Assembly: GCA_013265495.1 (NCBI GenBank)
Contig: MU057999.1
Coordinates: 682,001 to 746,000, forward strand
From: Vicugna vicugna
Lineage: Eukaryota
DNA length: 64,000 nucleotides
Direction: 5' to 3'
Part shown: one piece after another, positions 1 through 11,130 of the stretch
How the letters are laid out: every line of letters starts with the position of its first letter
How positions within the stretch are numbered: position 1 is the stretch's first letter
Notes under the pieces: model-generated
What the model saw: only the letters and a program-made list of their open reading frames with translations
What the model was told of the DNA's origin: nothing
The model's database searches: none
Program-made: the position numbers and the translations under genes

Positions 1-130
1 AAAAAATGTGACATATATGTATGTTCACGTATAACTGAAAAATTGTGCTCTACACTGGAATTTGACACAACATTGTAAAATGACTGTAACTCTATAAAAA
101 ATGTTTAAAAAATAAAATAAAATAAAAATA
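1..130 (+). mobile_element. Young lineage-specific L1 3' end with A-rich tail (cut by window edge)
   Basis: TGACACAACATTGTAAAATGACTGTAACT followed by an (AAAAT)n tail; homologous to the L1 3' ends at 1082, 3163, 31113 and 42049. Confidence 0.85.
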
Positions 131-522
131 ACTTCAATAAATCATTGTATGTTAACATATTTTTAATGAAAATGATGATTTCTCAAAACAAAACTAAATA
201 GAAGAGTGGCATTATTTAAGTTTATGGAAACTCTCTTAGGGTCTGCTTCTCTGGTTCCTTTCTCTAACATAATAGGAGACAGCTGAATTCTCATATCTGC
301 TTTTGCATCCAGTCTATTGCAGGATCACACCTCATATAACGTCTGGAAAACGTAGTTATCATACATCAAATAACCTCTGGAAAATTCCTTTGTGTATCTG
401 TGAGAGAAAGAATGAAAGAGGCAAATAAAACACTATTAGAAAAATAGTCTGACCTCATAGATCCTTTAAAAAGTCTTGAGGGACTTCAGGGGTCCTCAGA
501 TAACACCTTAAGGATTCTGGTC
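131..522. mobile_element. hAT-Charlie DNA transposon fossil (Charlie1-like terminal part)
   Basis: GACAGCTGAATTCTCATATCTGCTTTTGCAT and AAAATAGTCTGACCTCATAGA...GGGTCCTCAGA resemble the recalled Charlie1 end. Confidence 0.7.
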
Positions 523-579
523 TGAGATCTCTAGTCTAATAATACCAGATTCACACACACATACACATGTGAACGTTTA

Positions 580-655
580 AGATCACCAGCTGTCCCTGTT
601 TGCCTGGGACTGTCCTGGTTTTAACACTAAAAGCCCTATGTCTAGGGCAAACTGT
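580..655. mobile_element. MER81-like hAT MITE fragment
   Basis: GTTTGCCTGGGACTGTCCTGGTTTTAACACTAAAAG resembles MER81. Confidence 0.6.
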
Positions 656-674
656 GGCTCTTGGCCTCACAAAT

Positions 675-700
675 ACACACACACACACACACACACACAC
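675..700. repeat. (CA)n microsatellite
   Basis: Direct dinucleotide run. Confidence 0.95.
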
Positions 701-974
701 GCAGATAGAGCGGCGTACGCTTCCACTGGAGCCAGCCTGGGTACCCTGCTCTGGGCTCTGTTTCTAGGCTCTGCCTCCTCCCTTTCCCTCTCCCTCTCTC
801 TTCCTCCTCCTCCTCTGTCTAATCCACTTCCCAGACCCTTCAGTGAACTGGCTGAGTCAGGGCAGGCACACAGCTGCGTGGTGGAGACTGCCGGGTGCCC
901 ACTGCATAGCCTTTCCCCCTCCCTCCTTATCAACAGAACTCCTATTTTGTTGGGATAGCAATGCACCCAGAGGA

Positions 975-1715
975 AAAAATCCCAGCCTGTCTTGCAGATG
1001 GAATGGTCATGTGCTATAGTTCTGGCCTCTAGAATGTTCAAGACAATTGTAGGATGAAGCTTCTAGAAAAAGACATTTAAAATAGACTCACAGATATAGT
1101 AAACAATCTTATGGTTGCCATGGAGAAAGGGATAAATTGGGAGTTTGAGATAAGCAAATATTAACCATTGTATATAAAAATAGATAAAAACAAACATCTT
1201 CGGTATGGCACAGGGAACTCTATTCAATATCTTGTAGTAACCTTTAATGAAAAAGAATATGAAAGTGAATATATGTATATATATGTGTATGTATATATAT
1301 ACACATACACATATGGCTGAAACATTATGCACCAGAAATTGACACATTGTAACTGAGTATACTTCAATTTAAAAAAAACACACAAAACTGAGTGGATTCA
1401 TAACACATGTTTTGCCCTTACCCTTTTTCATCCTCCTTCCTGCAACTCAGCTGGGATGGCTGGAGCTCCAGAGTCAGCCAACAGACATGAGGACCAGGGC
1501 CGCCACTGGAAGAAGCAAGGTTGAGGGCCGGAAGGAGACTGGGTCCCTAAATGGCTTCATGGAGCTGCTGAAAAAACCTGGGGTTAATTACTCCCAGAGT
1601 CCTTCTGTAAGCTAAATTAACGAACTAACTAACTAGGTAACTAACTAACTAAAACCCCAGTTGTTTTTAAGTCACTGTCTTCCAGATTTTTGTTGCCAAA
1701 AAATTCTTTAACAAT
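975..1715 (+). mobile_element. MaLR solo LTR (MLT1I/J-like) interrupted by a young L1 fragment
   Basis: GGTCATGTGCTATAGTTCTGGCC ... GATGGCTGGAGCTCCAG ... TTTAAGTCACTG MLT1-type blocks on both sides of the L1. Confidence 0.55.
1082..1385 (+). mobile_element. 5'-truncated young L1 3' UTR
   Basis: AGACTCACAGATATAGTAAACAATCTTATGG...GAAATTGACACATTGTAACTGAGTATACTTCAAT plus A tail; closely similar to 4050-4320. Confidence 0.9.
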
Positions 1716-3162
1716 GCAAGGTGTTATTTGTTTTCTTTACTGGATAGAAAGTCTTTGCATAAAATAGCAGGAAGCAGGAAAAAAATGGTTGATTTACGGC
1801 TGGTTTACAGCTGCTCTTGGGGCTCAGACATTCCCAGGAGGCGGGAGCCTCTGTGGAGAAACGATCCTTCATCTCTGGGCTGGATTCATTGGCTGTCGAT
1901 CTCTGCCCACAGTCACCAGACCCTTGGAAGCCTCACCAATAAAGACCTGAGGGAAACCGAGTGGGGAGGAAGCAGGGAGCGGGCTCTCCTCTGGCTGCTC
2001 TCTGCAGGGGCTCTCGCCTATTTGCACAGACAGCAGCCTCATTTCCAGGAGCCTGACCCTGAGTTCAGAGTCTTCCTGGCATTGGGTCAGAAGCATCTCC
2101 CATTAGGCCACTGAATACCCTAATCCGGAGGCAGGACCTCAGGCTCAGGGCTCTGGGAAGAAGGCAACAGCATCCAGCAGGAACGCTGGCAGCCACGTCG
2201 TGGACACGTGGGTAGCGCCCCTGGCTCAGGCCCAGATGCTAACCCCCTCCATCCATCACTGGCTTCTGGCCACTCCAGGAAGCAAATCCTCCGGCTCCTG
2301 AGCATGGCTGTCATGTGCTTTGAAGGGTAGGGGTTCTTGACATCTTCCTGATGTGGCTGGGATCATGGTGGGCTCTGTGCATAGATGGTAAGCAGTGCAG
2401 TCACCACGTGCACCCTGCTGTATCCACGCCCCGGCCCTCCTGGTCCAGGAGCAGGCCTGTGAGAACTGTGTGGCTGGCACTCATGTCTCTCAGTCCTCAG
2501 ACCTGCTCCCTCATGGGGCGGCAGGTGACCCTGCTCCTTTAAGTTTCCATCCTACTCAGCCAACACTGTTGTCACGTAGACCCTGCCCCAGCTAAGTAAA
2601 GCAGCACACAGTCTCCAGTGGAAGCTGTCTTCCTGCTCCTCTTGTTTCTTCCTTCCTTTCATCATCAACAAGCATGTCCTGAGTGCCTGTTTGTACCTGG
2701 ACCTGTGCTGGGTGTGAGGGAAGCCCAGATGTGCGACTGCCCCCAGGACAGACACACAAGCCAGCTGCAGTGCACCCGCTGCTTCCGCAGCGGTATTTCT
2801 CACTGTCTTCCTCAAGGACTCCTTCTTGAATGCGGTGTCACTTTACTATTCTTTTGTGTTTCCAGGCCCTGTCTCCATATCATTCACTGGGTTTTGGTCC
2901 CTGCACCCTAGACAATGAGCAATTTTTTTCTTTCTTACCATGTATGACAATTAGTACTTCCCTGGGAGGGTTTATCACAGGCAGAGAATCAAGCATGCGC
3001 GTGGGGTGGGGTGTGCATGGGTGTGCGTGTGCATGTGTGTCCCTGTGGGCACGTCAGGAGCCCATCACCCAGTGGAGTGGGAGAAGCCTGGACTAGAGCG
3101 CAGGCTAGCAGGACGGTGGGGTGCAGAGGGGCTGCAGGGCAGGTTCTTGCTAAGATGAGTTA

Positions 3163-4331
3163 ACCGAAATAGAAATAAAAGCACAAATAAACAAATGGGA
3201 TCTAATTAAACTTATAAGCTTTTGCATAGCAAAGGTAACCATAAGCAAAACAAAAAGACAACCTACGGAATGGGAAAAAATATTTGCAAATAATGCTACT
3301 GACAAAGGTTTAATTTCCAGAATATACAATCAGCTCTTACAACTTAATAACAACGAAAAAAGAAACAACCCAATCCAAAAATGGGCAGAAGACCTAAACA
3401 AGCAATTCTCCAATGAAGACATACATATGGCCACAGGCACATAAAAAATGCTCAATATCACTAATTATCAGAGAAATGCAAATCAAAACTACAATGAGGT
3501 ATCACCTCACACCAGTCAGAATGGCCATCATTCAAAAGTCCACACATGATAAATGCTGGAGAGGCTGTGGAGAAAAGGGAACAGTCCTATACTGCTGATG
3601 GGAATGTAGTTTGGTGCAGTTATTATGGAAAACAGTATGGAGATTCCTCAAAAAACTAAAAATAGACTTACTGTATTATCTAGCAATCCCACTCCTGGGC
3701 ATTCCTTCCTCTGTAAGGAATTCTAATTTGAAAAGATACATGCACCCCAATGTTCATAGCAGCACAATATACAATAGCCAAGACATGAAAGCAACCTAAA
3801 TGTCCATCGACAGATGAGTGGGTAAAGAAGATGTGGTATATTTATACAATGGAATACTACTCAGCCATAAAAAGAATAAAATACTGCCATTTGCAGCAAC
3901 ATGGATGGACCTGGAGATTGTCATACTAAGTGAAGCAAGCCAGAAAGAGAAAAATCCCATATGATATCACTCATATGTGGACTCTAAAAAAAAAATACAC
4001 AAAAGAAAAGAAAAAAGAGGACACTAATGAACTCATCTACAAAACAGAAACAGACTCACAGACATAGTAAACAATCTTATGGTTACCAGGGGAAAGAGGG
4101 TGGGAAGGGATAAATTCGGGAATTTGAAATTTGCAAATGTTAACCACTATATACAAACATAGATCAAACCAAATTTCCTCTGTATAGCACAGGGAATTAT
4201 ATTCAATACCTTTAATGAAATAGAATATGAAAACGAATATGTATGTATAAACATATGACTAGGACATTATACTGTACACCAGAGATTGACACATTGTAAC
4301 TGACTATATACTTCAGTTACATTTTTTTAAA
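3163..4331 (+). mobile_element. 5'-truncated L1 (ORF2 C-terminal remnant plus 3' UTR) with target-site duplication
   Basis: ORF2-like peptides ([44 protein letters not shown]) broken by stops and frameshifts; TSD AAGATGAGTTA (3152-3162) / AAAATGAGTTA (4332-4342). Confidence 0.95.
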
Positions 4332-5139
4332 AAAATGAGTTAGCTGAGCTCTCGACCAGACAGCACAGGGCTCTAGATACTAAGACGCTCCAGGGTCAAC
4401 CCGCCAGGACCTGCCTGAGCCGTGAGGGTGGGAAATGGGAGGCAGGAGAAACTGGATGCTCTGTGATCCAGGTGTCCCTGCAAAGTCAAAAGCCACTAAT
4501 GGAAATAACCACCGGGGCATGATTCTTCATGCCCTGATTCCAATCACAGACCTGTCATCCAAGAAGGATATTGAAAGGGGAAATTCTATTTCTTTTTAAA
4601 CCAAGTGTTCCCCCACAGAAGCCAAAGGCTCTTGGAAACAACCCTGATTGGAATGACTTGAGCATATATTGTTCTGGCTTCTCCAATGAGAGGTGGCAAC
4701 ACTCATCGTTGACTGAGAAATGAGTTTCCGGGTAGAGGATTCATGTCCACACATGGCAGTGACCTTTCTTGCTTCCATGGACCAGATGCTTGACTCACAG
4801 GAGGAGGCTGGGGCCCATCTGGTCCTTGCAAACAGACAGACGTGAATCCCGGCAGGTGGTAAAACCGGGCATGAGGCGCTGCATGGCAGAGGAGTCCCCA
4901 AAGGGAAAGAGGGGCTCTGGACCCTCCCTGGGAACAGCAGAGGCCAATGCACCCACCCTTCTACTGCTGCAGCTCGTCTGCACTTAGGGAACATGGAAGG
5001 ACAGAGAAAAAGAAAGGGGGCTGGCCCGATGGCCCGAGCACTCGACACAGGGTCTGGCAGCCCAGCCCAGGTCTCCTCCCTGGTCAGCCACATGTGACCT
5101 GTGACCACTGACATGTGACGGCTGATAGTTCCTGTTCTA

Positions 5140-5290
5140 AGCACTTACAAGTACGAAGCTCAGTGCATTTGCACAAGCACCAGGGCACGTCATCCTAGGA
5201 TTACCTCCATTCTGTACTGGTGGAAGCTGAGGCTCAGAGAGGTTAAGTAAATTGCCTCAGGTCACACAGCTAGTTAGTGCCCCTGGGATT
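5140..5290 (-). mobile_element. MIR SINE
   Basis: CTGAGGCTCAGAGAGGTTAAGTAAATTGCCTCAGGTCACACAGCTAG is the MIR core in reverse. Confidence 0.85.
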
Positions 5291-6399
5291 TTTACCACCT
5301 CACTGAATCCCTCCCTGGTCCTCTCGGCATTGCTTTCTACTTTGTTTATACCATAAGACAGTCACCAGCTGGCTCTTCTGTGGCCCACCCTGGGTATACC
5401 TCTCTCCACAGTGGATGATTCTGTGTCCTGATGAGGCTGCACTTCGTGGGAGAGGAACTGTTTAGGCCCCTCACCCCTTACAGAGGCTCACTTGGCTTGC
5501 CTGGAGGTCTGGCCAGTGGGCTTGGGGCCAGAATTCAGACTCGGGCAGGTGGGGAGGTGAGGTTTATCTGAAGGAGCCCAGAGCAGGAAGTGTCACAGGC
5601 GAGTGTGGATTTGTCCTTGTCATCCCTGTCTCCACTGTGCCTGGCACCATTCCCGGCACCAGGAGCTTCATAAACAGTTGTGAAAAGACTTGCCCAAGCT
5701 CAGTCCTTAGAAAGCAATGTGGGTCAAGGCAAGAGTCACTGTCTGGCTCGAGGGGTCCGGGGAAGGGGTAGAGCTGCAGGCTGCAGGGGCAGGCGGTGGC
5801 CTGGAAGTGGGAGGGGCAGGATGGACAGTGGTGTCCTCTGCAAAGGCTTTCTTCCTGGCTTCTTGAAAACCAGCCTCTCTCAGGCTCCCTCTTGCCGGCC
5901 TGGCAGCAACTTCTCTGTCCACCTTGTTGGTGCCTCTCCTCCTCCTTGTCACGGGCCACAATGTCTTCGATCTGGCCCTCCTGTGCCTTCACACCGTTCT
6001 CTCTGGGTTACCCGGTCCCGACCTGACTTTAAGCACCACCTGTATGCTGAGATGTCTGAATTCCTGTCTCTGACCTGACTGCCCTTCTCAGCTGCAGACC
6101 TGAACTGCTTGACAACTTCCCTCGCCCACACACAGAAGATTCAATAGTGACTTGTCTGAAATAAAACATTTGTAAATTTCTCTGTCTCCCATGGTGCCTG
6201 CTATGCTTTTGGCCACTAATTTCCCCATGTCAGTAAATAGCACCAGAACCTGCCACGGCGAGGCCGGGATGAGGTTGGGGGAGGCACAGTATTTCAGGGG
6301 CTTCCCTCTCAGGGACCCACCTGCACCTGCCCGGCCCTCAGGGCCAGGACCTCCTTGAACGCTGTCCCCCTGGGGCTCGCTGGCCTCACTGCTCCCCAC

Positions 6400-6660
6400 C
6401 CCATCTGCTGCACCAAGTGGCTCCAGCCACGTGCCTAGAAATTACATTTGGTTCCTCTCACGTTTTCACTGTCTGTATTCAGTCGTTCAGGAAGTCATGT
6501 GGACTCTGTCTCCAAAACCTGGCAGATTCATTCCATTCTCTCCTCTCCCATTCTTGCCATGCTGGCCCCAGGAGCCATCACCTCTCCCCTGAACCACTTA
6601 ATGGGTTTCCCCGCTTCCATTCTTGCCTCCCTCCAATCTATTCCCCACACAGCAGCCAGA
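6400..6660 (+). mobile_element. L2 LINE fragment
   Basis: CCATCACCTCTCCCCTGAAC...CTCCAATCTATTCCCCACACAGCAGCCAGA is typical of the L2 3' region. Confidence 0.7.
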
Positions 6661-6664
6661 AATT

Positions 6665-7375
6665 CAATTTTTATTTTTATAAAAGCAACACAGAGACAGA
6701 GTTTAAAAAGACAAATCATTCCATACAGCTTATAATGAGAAACAGCGGGCTCCTGCCCCAGTCCCTCCTCGGTCACAATTCACACTTCCCCGAGGTGACC
6801 ACTTTCAACTGTTTTGGCAGTTTCCACCATCCTTAGACTGCTGGCTTTTGAGTTTCAAACCTGAGTTATTTTCTACTGAATTTCAAACTCAGAATAAGAC
6901 TTGTCCCTCTCCTCCCCGCCCCCACCCCCATCACACAGACACTTCTGGATAATACCGTTCCAGTTTTGTTACATCACAAGTTGGATTCAATCAGCAGGGC
7001 CTATACGGGTGCTGATCAGGTGGGTGGAAGGGGTGTGGGAGTCTCACTGTCTCTTACACTGATCTTCAACACATTCTCTTGTGTTCAGCCCACCCGCCCC
7101 AGGATTCAGATTCAGAGCAGCCTCCTTCCTACAACATTCCAAGGTTCCTGGCTCGCTCCCTTCAGACGAGCATCCTTCACCCTTGTCATGTCTGCCAGCG
7201 TGGTTGCCCTTGTCCACCTGCTTCCCCCATTACCTTCTGTTGGCACATCTTGTCTGCAGTCATCTCCTTCTTGTTCATTTTGTCTTTATGAGTTAATTCT
7301 TCTTTTACCTCTTTTTGGTCATTTTGTTGGGGTTTGGGGAGGGCACGTGTGTTCAACTCACCATGTCTAACTGAA
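6665..7375 (-). mobile_element. Ancient L1M/HAL1-like fragment
   Basis: CCCCGAGGTGACCACTTTCAACTGTTTTGGC and a T-rich degenerate L1-like texture. Confidence 0.45.
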
Positions 7376-7544
7376 GCCAAAGCAGTACTTCATGTGCTCA
7401 GTAGCCAGTGCTCAAAATGTTTCCTTTTCAAAAAACAATTTCTTTCTTGAAGGATTGTGTGAAATACTAAAGATATAAAGATTGTCAGGATCGATGCTGA
7501 CCAGGGCACAGCATAAAATTTGAAAAATTCTTGACACATCCAAC

Positions 7545-8520
7545 CACATTTATTCAAAAATATCAATTGAGCACTGACTACATGCTAAGCACTGCTTGAG
7601 AAGTTTGGCATAAAGGGAAAAACACAAGCATAGTACTTATTCTCATGGAAATTCATCCAAGTCAGGGGAGAAGTCAGATGGTGAATTGTTACCATAATAA
7701 ATGGGTAAGTATAGAATTTTTAGAAGGTGATGAGACTTACCAAAAAAATGCAAAGCACAGCTATGAGAAGAGCATCCAGAGTGCCAGGGGTGGGGACAGT
7801 GTGCATTACTCAGTAGCAGAGGCAGGCATGGCTCCACTGGCAGGTGGCCTTTGAGCAGGGACCTGCTGGAGGAGAGGGAGTCAGCTGTGGGCTCTCTGGG
7901 GAAAGTGCTCCAGACAGACGGAAGGTCCCAGTGCAGGAGGATGTTGGCGGCCAGGAGGCCGGTGTCTGAGGGAGGGAGGGAGTCAGGGGCAATGGGAGGT
8001 GGTGAGGGCAGAGAAATGATGGCGGGGCACCAGAGAGACTTTACAGGCTCCAGTAAGAACTCTGGATTTTACCCTGCATGAGATGGGCACCAAGGAGGCA
8101 TCAAGTAGAGATGTGATCTGTTGTGGTTGGCTGTTTAAAATTTTTTTTTGTGTAACAAATTGATTGTAGGGGCAAGAGGAGAAAGACTCTTTTTTGGAGG
8201 GGGGAATTAGGTTTGTTTGTTTATTTATCGGAGGTACTGGGGGTCAAACCCAGGACCTCATGCATGCTAAGCATGCGCTCTACTGCTGAGCTATATACCT
8301 TCCACCCAAACAGATGCTTTCAATCACTCCCGGGTGAGATGACAGTGGCTTAGTTGAGGCTGGCAGCAGAGGGGTGGTGAGAAGCATCAGATACTGGCCA
8401 TACACCAAAGGGAAAACTTGTAGAATTTTCTTCAGGTTTCAAGTAGATTGTGAGGGAAATAGAAGTGTCAAGAATGACCCTCCAAGTTTTGGCCTGAACC
8501 TTTTGGCAAAGGCTGAGGAG
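7545..8520 (-). mobile_element. L2 LINE fragment (interrupted by a SINE)
   Basis: ATTGAGCACTGACTACATGCTAAGCACTG ... GTCAAGAATGACCCTCCAAGTTTTGGCCTGA are reverse L2 blocks. Confidence 0.7.
8190..8305 (-). mobile_element. tRNA-derived SINE (camelid-type)
   Basis: Reverse strand reads GGTATATAGCTCAGCAGTAGAGCGCATGCTTAGCATGCATGAGGTCCTGGGTTTGACCCCCAGTACCTCC (A/B-box-like) plus AAACCTAATT tail. Confidence 0.9.
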
Positions 8521-8619
8521 GAGAGGAATTGAGGGGAGGGGCGGTATTCCTGAATAGCCAGAGACTTGGAGCCACAAAATCAACCCAGAGGGTAACAGGA
8601 AACACACAGAAGGCTCTTC

Positions 8620-9102
8620 TAAGCAGTTTAAGTCCCCAGTGACTTTCCATCACACACGAAATAAAGTTCCATGTCAGAATGATTAAAAACTAGCATAACA
8701 GCCTTCCTCCCACCTTCCCCGCCACCCTGTGCACCCCTCTCCCCAGCACCCACCACCCTCCAGCCACACCGGCCTTCTGGCTGTTTGCTGGAGCTGTTCC
8801 CTGTGCCTGAAAGGCTCTTGACCCAGGTTTCCACATGGCTGACTCCTTCTTCTCCATCAGCTCTCACTTTCAACACCACCAACTCTGAGAAGCCTTCCCT
8901 GACCATCCAAATTACCCCTTTATATTACATCATCCTGTTTTAATTTCCTGATTGTAATTTCCACTTATTAAAGTGCCTTTGATCTATCAGAACACTGTAG
9001 CTCTGTGAGCGGTACCCTTGTCTGTCTTGCTTACTGCGGTGTCCCCAGGTCTAGACCTGTACCTGGCACACAGGAGAGGTTTCATGTTACTGAATGAATG
9101 AA
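8620..9102 (+). mobile_element. L2 LINE 3' end
   Basis: GAAGCCTTCCCTGACCA...CCTGGCACACAG...TGAATGAATGA terminal repeat. Confidence 0.8.
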
Positions 9103-9759
9103 CATCATTTAGAGCTTTCCCTCTGAAGGAGAATTTGCCTGCCCACTCCCCCCCACCTTTCCTTCCAGCTCACTCTTTGGTTTTAATGGTAACTGGTTTT
9201 CTGCCAAGATCCGGATGGACTGCAAGTCATAACTCCTGATTAACTAGGAACTCCTGGTTTCCTGGGAGGGTTGGTGCTGGTGTAGAATCTCTGCTAACCT
9301 TCCGGGAACCGGTCAGAGAGGAGACATCAGCCGGCTGGGTTGGAGCCTAGAGTCTTTCCCTCCTCTGCACAAGGAAGAGCCAGGAATCTGGAGAATCTTT
9401 AGGATTTCTTCCTTCTGTCTTCCTCTAGTCTCAGTCAAGCCAGAGATACCATTTTTGGAGGAAAATGAAGAGACCTGGCTTGACCCTATGGTGGGGGTGC
9501 TTCTTCAAGAGACTTTTGATTTTACTTGCATTGAAGTGAATAAGTCTACAGAGGGGAAAAGATAATTGAATAAGGTCCTTTTTCCCTTTAAGGGAGTGGA
9601 GAAGAAAGCTTTGGGTGCTGTTTACACCTCACCCTGGCTGCTTTTCAATGACTTGAAAGAGCAAATCTCTGCTCTTCCCCTCAAGGTATTTTGACTTTAA
9701 TTTTTCTTCCCAGCAATCCATCTTGCACACTGCAGCAGAATGATCTTGTCCTCAGGTAA

Positions 9760-10190
9760 AGCTTTCTGCGCTTTACTTTGGATATTTTCTATTGACTTGT
9801 CTTTGTGTTCGCTAATTCTTTCTTCAGCCGTGTCCTCCTTCTCTAACCTATTAGTCACAGCTATTTTAAAGTCTTCTAACTTATTTCTATTATTTGGTTT
9901 TTCTTCTAGTATCAATCACATTTTCTCTTCTCTTTGCACATCTAGTAATTTTTCATTACATGTTGGTAATTGTGCATAATGGGACTGTAGAGCCTTTGGG
10001 TGAGAATTCCTTCCTTTGTTTGTTAGGTAAGACTATTATCTCAATCCAACCAGGGATTGTGCTGGATTAGAGATGGGTTGCAGCTTTAATAAGACTTAGC
10101 TCACCTTTAGTTCCTTGAGTGAAATCTATTTGAATTTTTGATTAAGAGCTTACAGGCTGTCTATCTCTTCAGCCCTGAAAGTTTTTCTTC
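9760..10190 (-). mobile_element. Old L1 ORF1-region fragment
   Basis: Minus-strand peptide NRLEKEDTAEERISEHKDKSIENIQS resembles the L1 ORF1p coiled coil. Confidence 0.7.
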
Positions 10191-10209
10191 TTTGGAAGAT
10201 GCATCGCAG

Positions 10210-10628
10210 GACCATCAAACAGCTCCTAAGTCAAATCTTGCCTATTGCCTGTTTTTGTATCACCCACAAGCTAAGAATGGTTTTTATAAATAAAACTTTA
10301 CAGTCAATTTGATGATAGGGAGTACTAACTTTGAAATGCTATTACGTGAAATGTTATCTGTCCAAAAGGATTCTGTTTTTCTCATAAGTAGACCTGCACC
10401 ACCAAAAAATCATGTTAAATTAGTATTATTACATTTTGAATTTAGTAAAAAAAAAAAATTTGTGAAAACATGTTTTCCCTTTTGTTATTTAAGGACCTTT
10501 ATAATATCCTCAGTTTGCTTCTTGGCCTGCAATGCAAGTATATAAAAATTCACTATAAAATTTAATATATATAGTTATTTATAATAAATACTAAATAAAA
10601 TATTTGCATAAAAATTTGGTGACTTCTG
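10210..10628. mobile_element. MER58/Cheshire-like hAT-Charlie element with AT-rich low-complexity insert
   Basis: GCCTGTTTTTGTAT...AGCTAAGAATGGTTTTTA and TTCTTGGCCTGCAA...AAAAATTTGGTGACTTCTG ends. Confidence 0.65.
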
Positions 10629-10799
10629 GTATAACAGACAGAGTTTGTTCAGAACAGCAGAACCAGTATGAATGACATGGAATAATTATTATATGGGTTA
10701 GACCTTGTGCCGTTGTGGGAGCTAGTGGGGAAGACCACGGAAGGCTGTTGCATCTGCTTCTAGCCACAGGCCTGAAGTTGCTTTTCACTGACTCAGGCA

Positions 10800-11130
10800 A
10801 TTCCTCTCTGCCTGCACTTTCCCAAGCATTGCATATTCTTTCAGGCCTGGGTGCTTCTGCCTCTTGGAATGCCTTTGTCTGAAGTGTCTTTACCTGACTT
10901 CCCACTTAAAGAGCATCAATTAATCCTGCAAATTCCAACTCAAATGCCAAATTCTCTGTGCAGGTTTGAGTGCTCTTTCTCCTGTACTTCTGTCCTGCCA
11001 TGTGCTTCTGTGCAGGTAGCTTTATAGTCTCCCTTTCTAGACTGGGGGAACTCCTGGAAGAGGGATCAGGCCATGTTCACGTCTGTGTCCCTAGCACCCA
11101 GGGCCACACCTGGCATCCACTAGACATCTA
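10800..11130 (+). mobile_element. L2 LINE 3' fragment
   Basis: CTAGACTGGGGGAACTCCTGGAAGAGGG...TGTGTCCCTAGCACCCAG...CTGGCA. Confidence 0.65.

Noticed and set aside
3413..3799. ORFs with clear protein similarity
   Set aside because: Fragments of L1 ORF2 in a 5'-truncated, frameshifted copy; not a host gene or an active element
4596..5144. 182-aa ORF and other 100-200 aa ORFs in GC-rich DNA (e.g. 17844, 47208, 48715, 54106, 62188)
   Set aside because: Pro/Ser/Gly/Arg-rich composition and overlapping ORFs on both strands are expected by chance; no family similarity or consistent splice structure
6905..6929. G-quadruplex-capable C-tracts (also about 8708-8760 and G-tracts near 47715)
   Set aside because: Common in GC-rich mammalian DNA, with no associated feature
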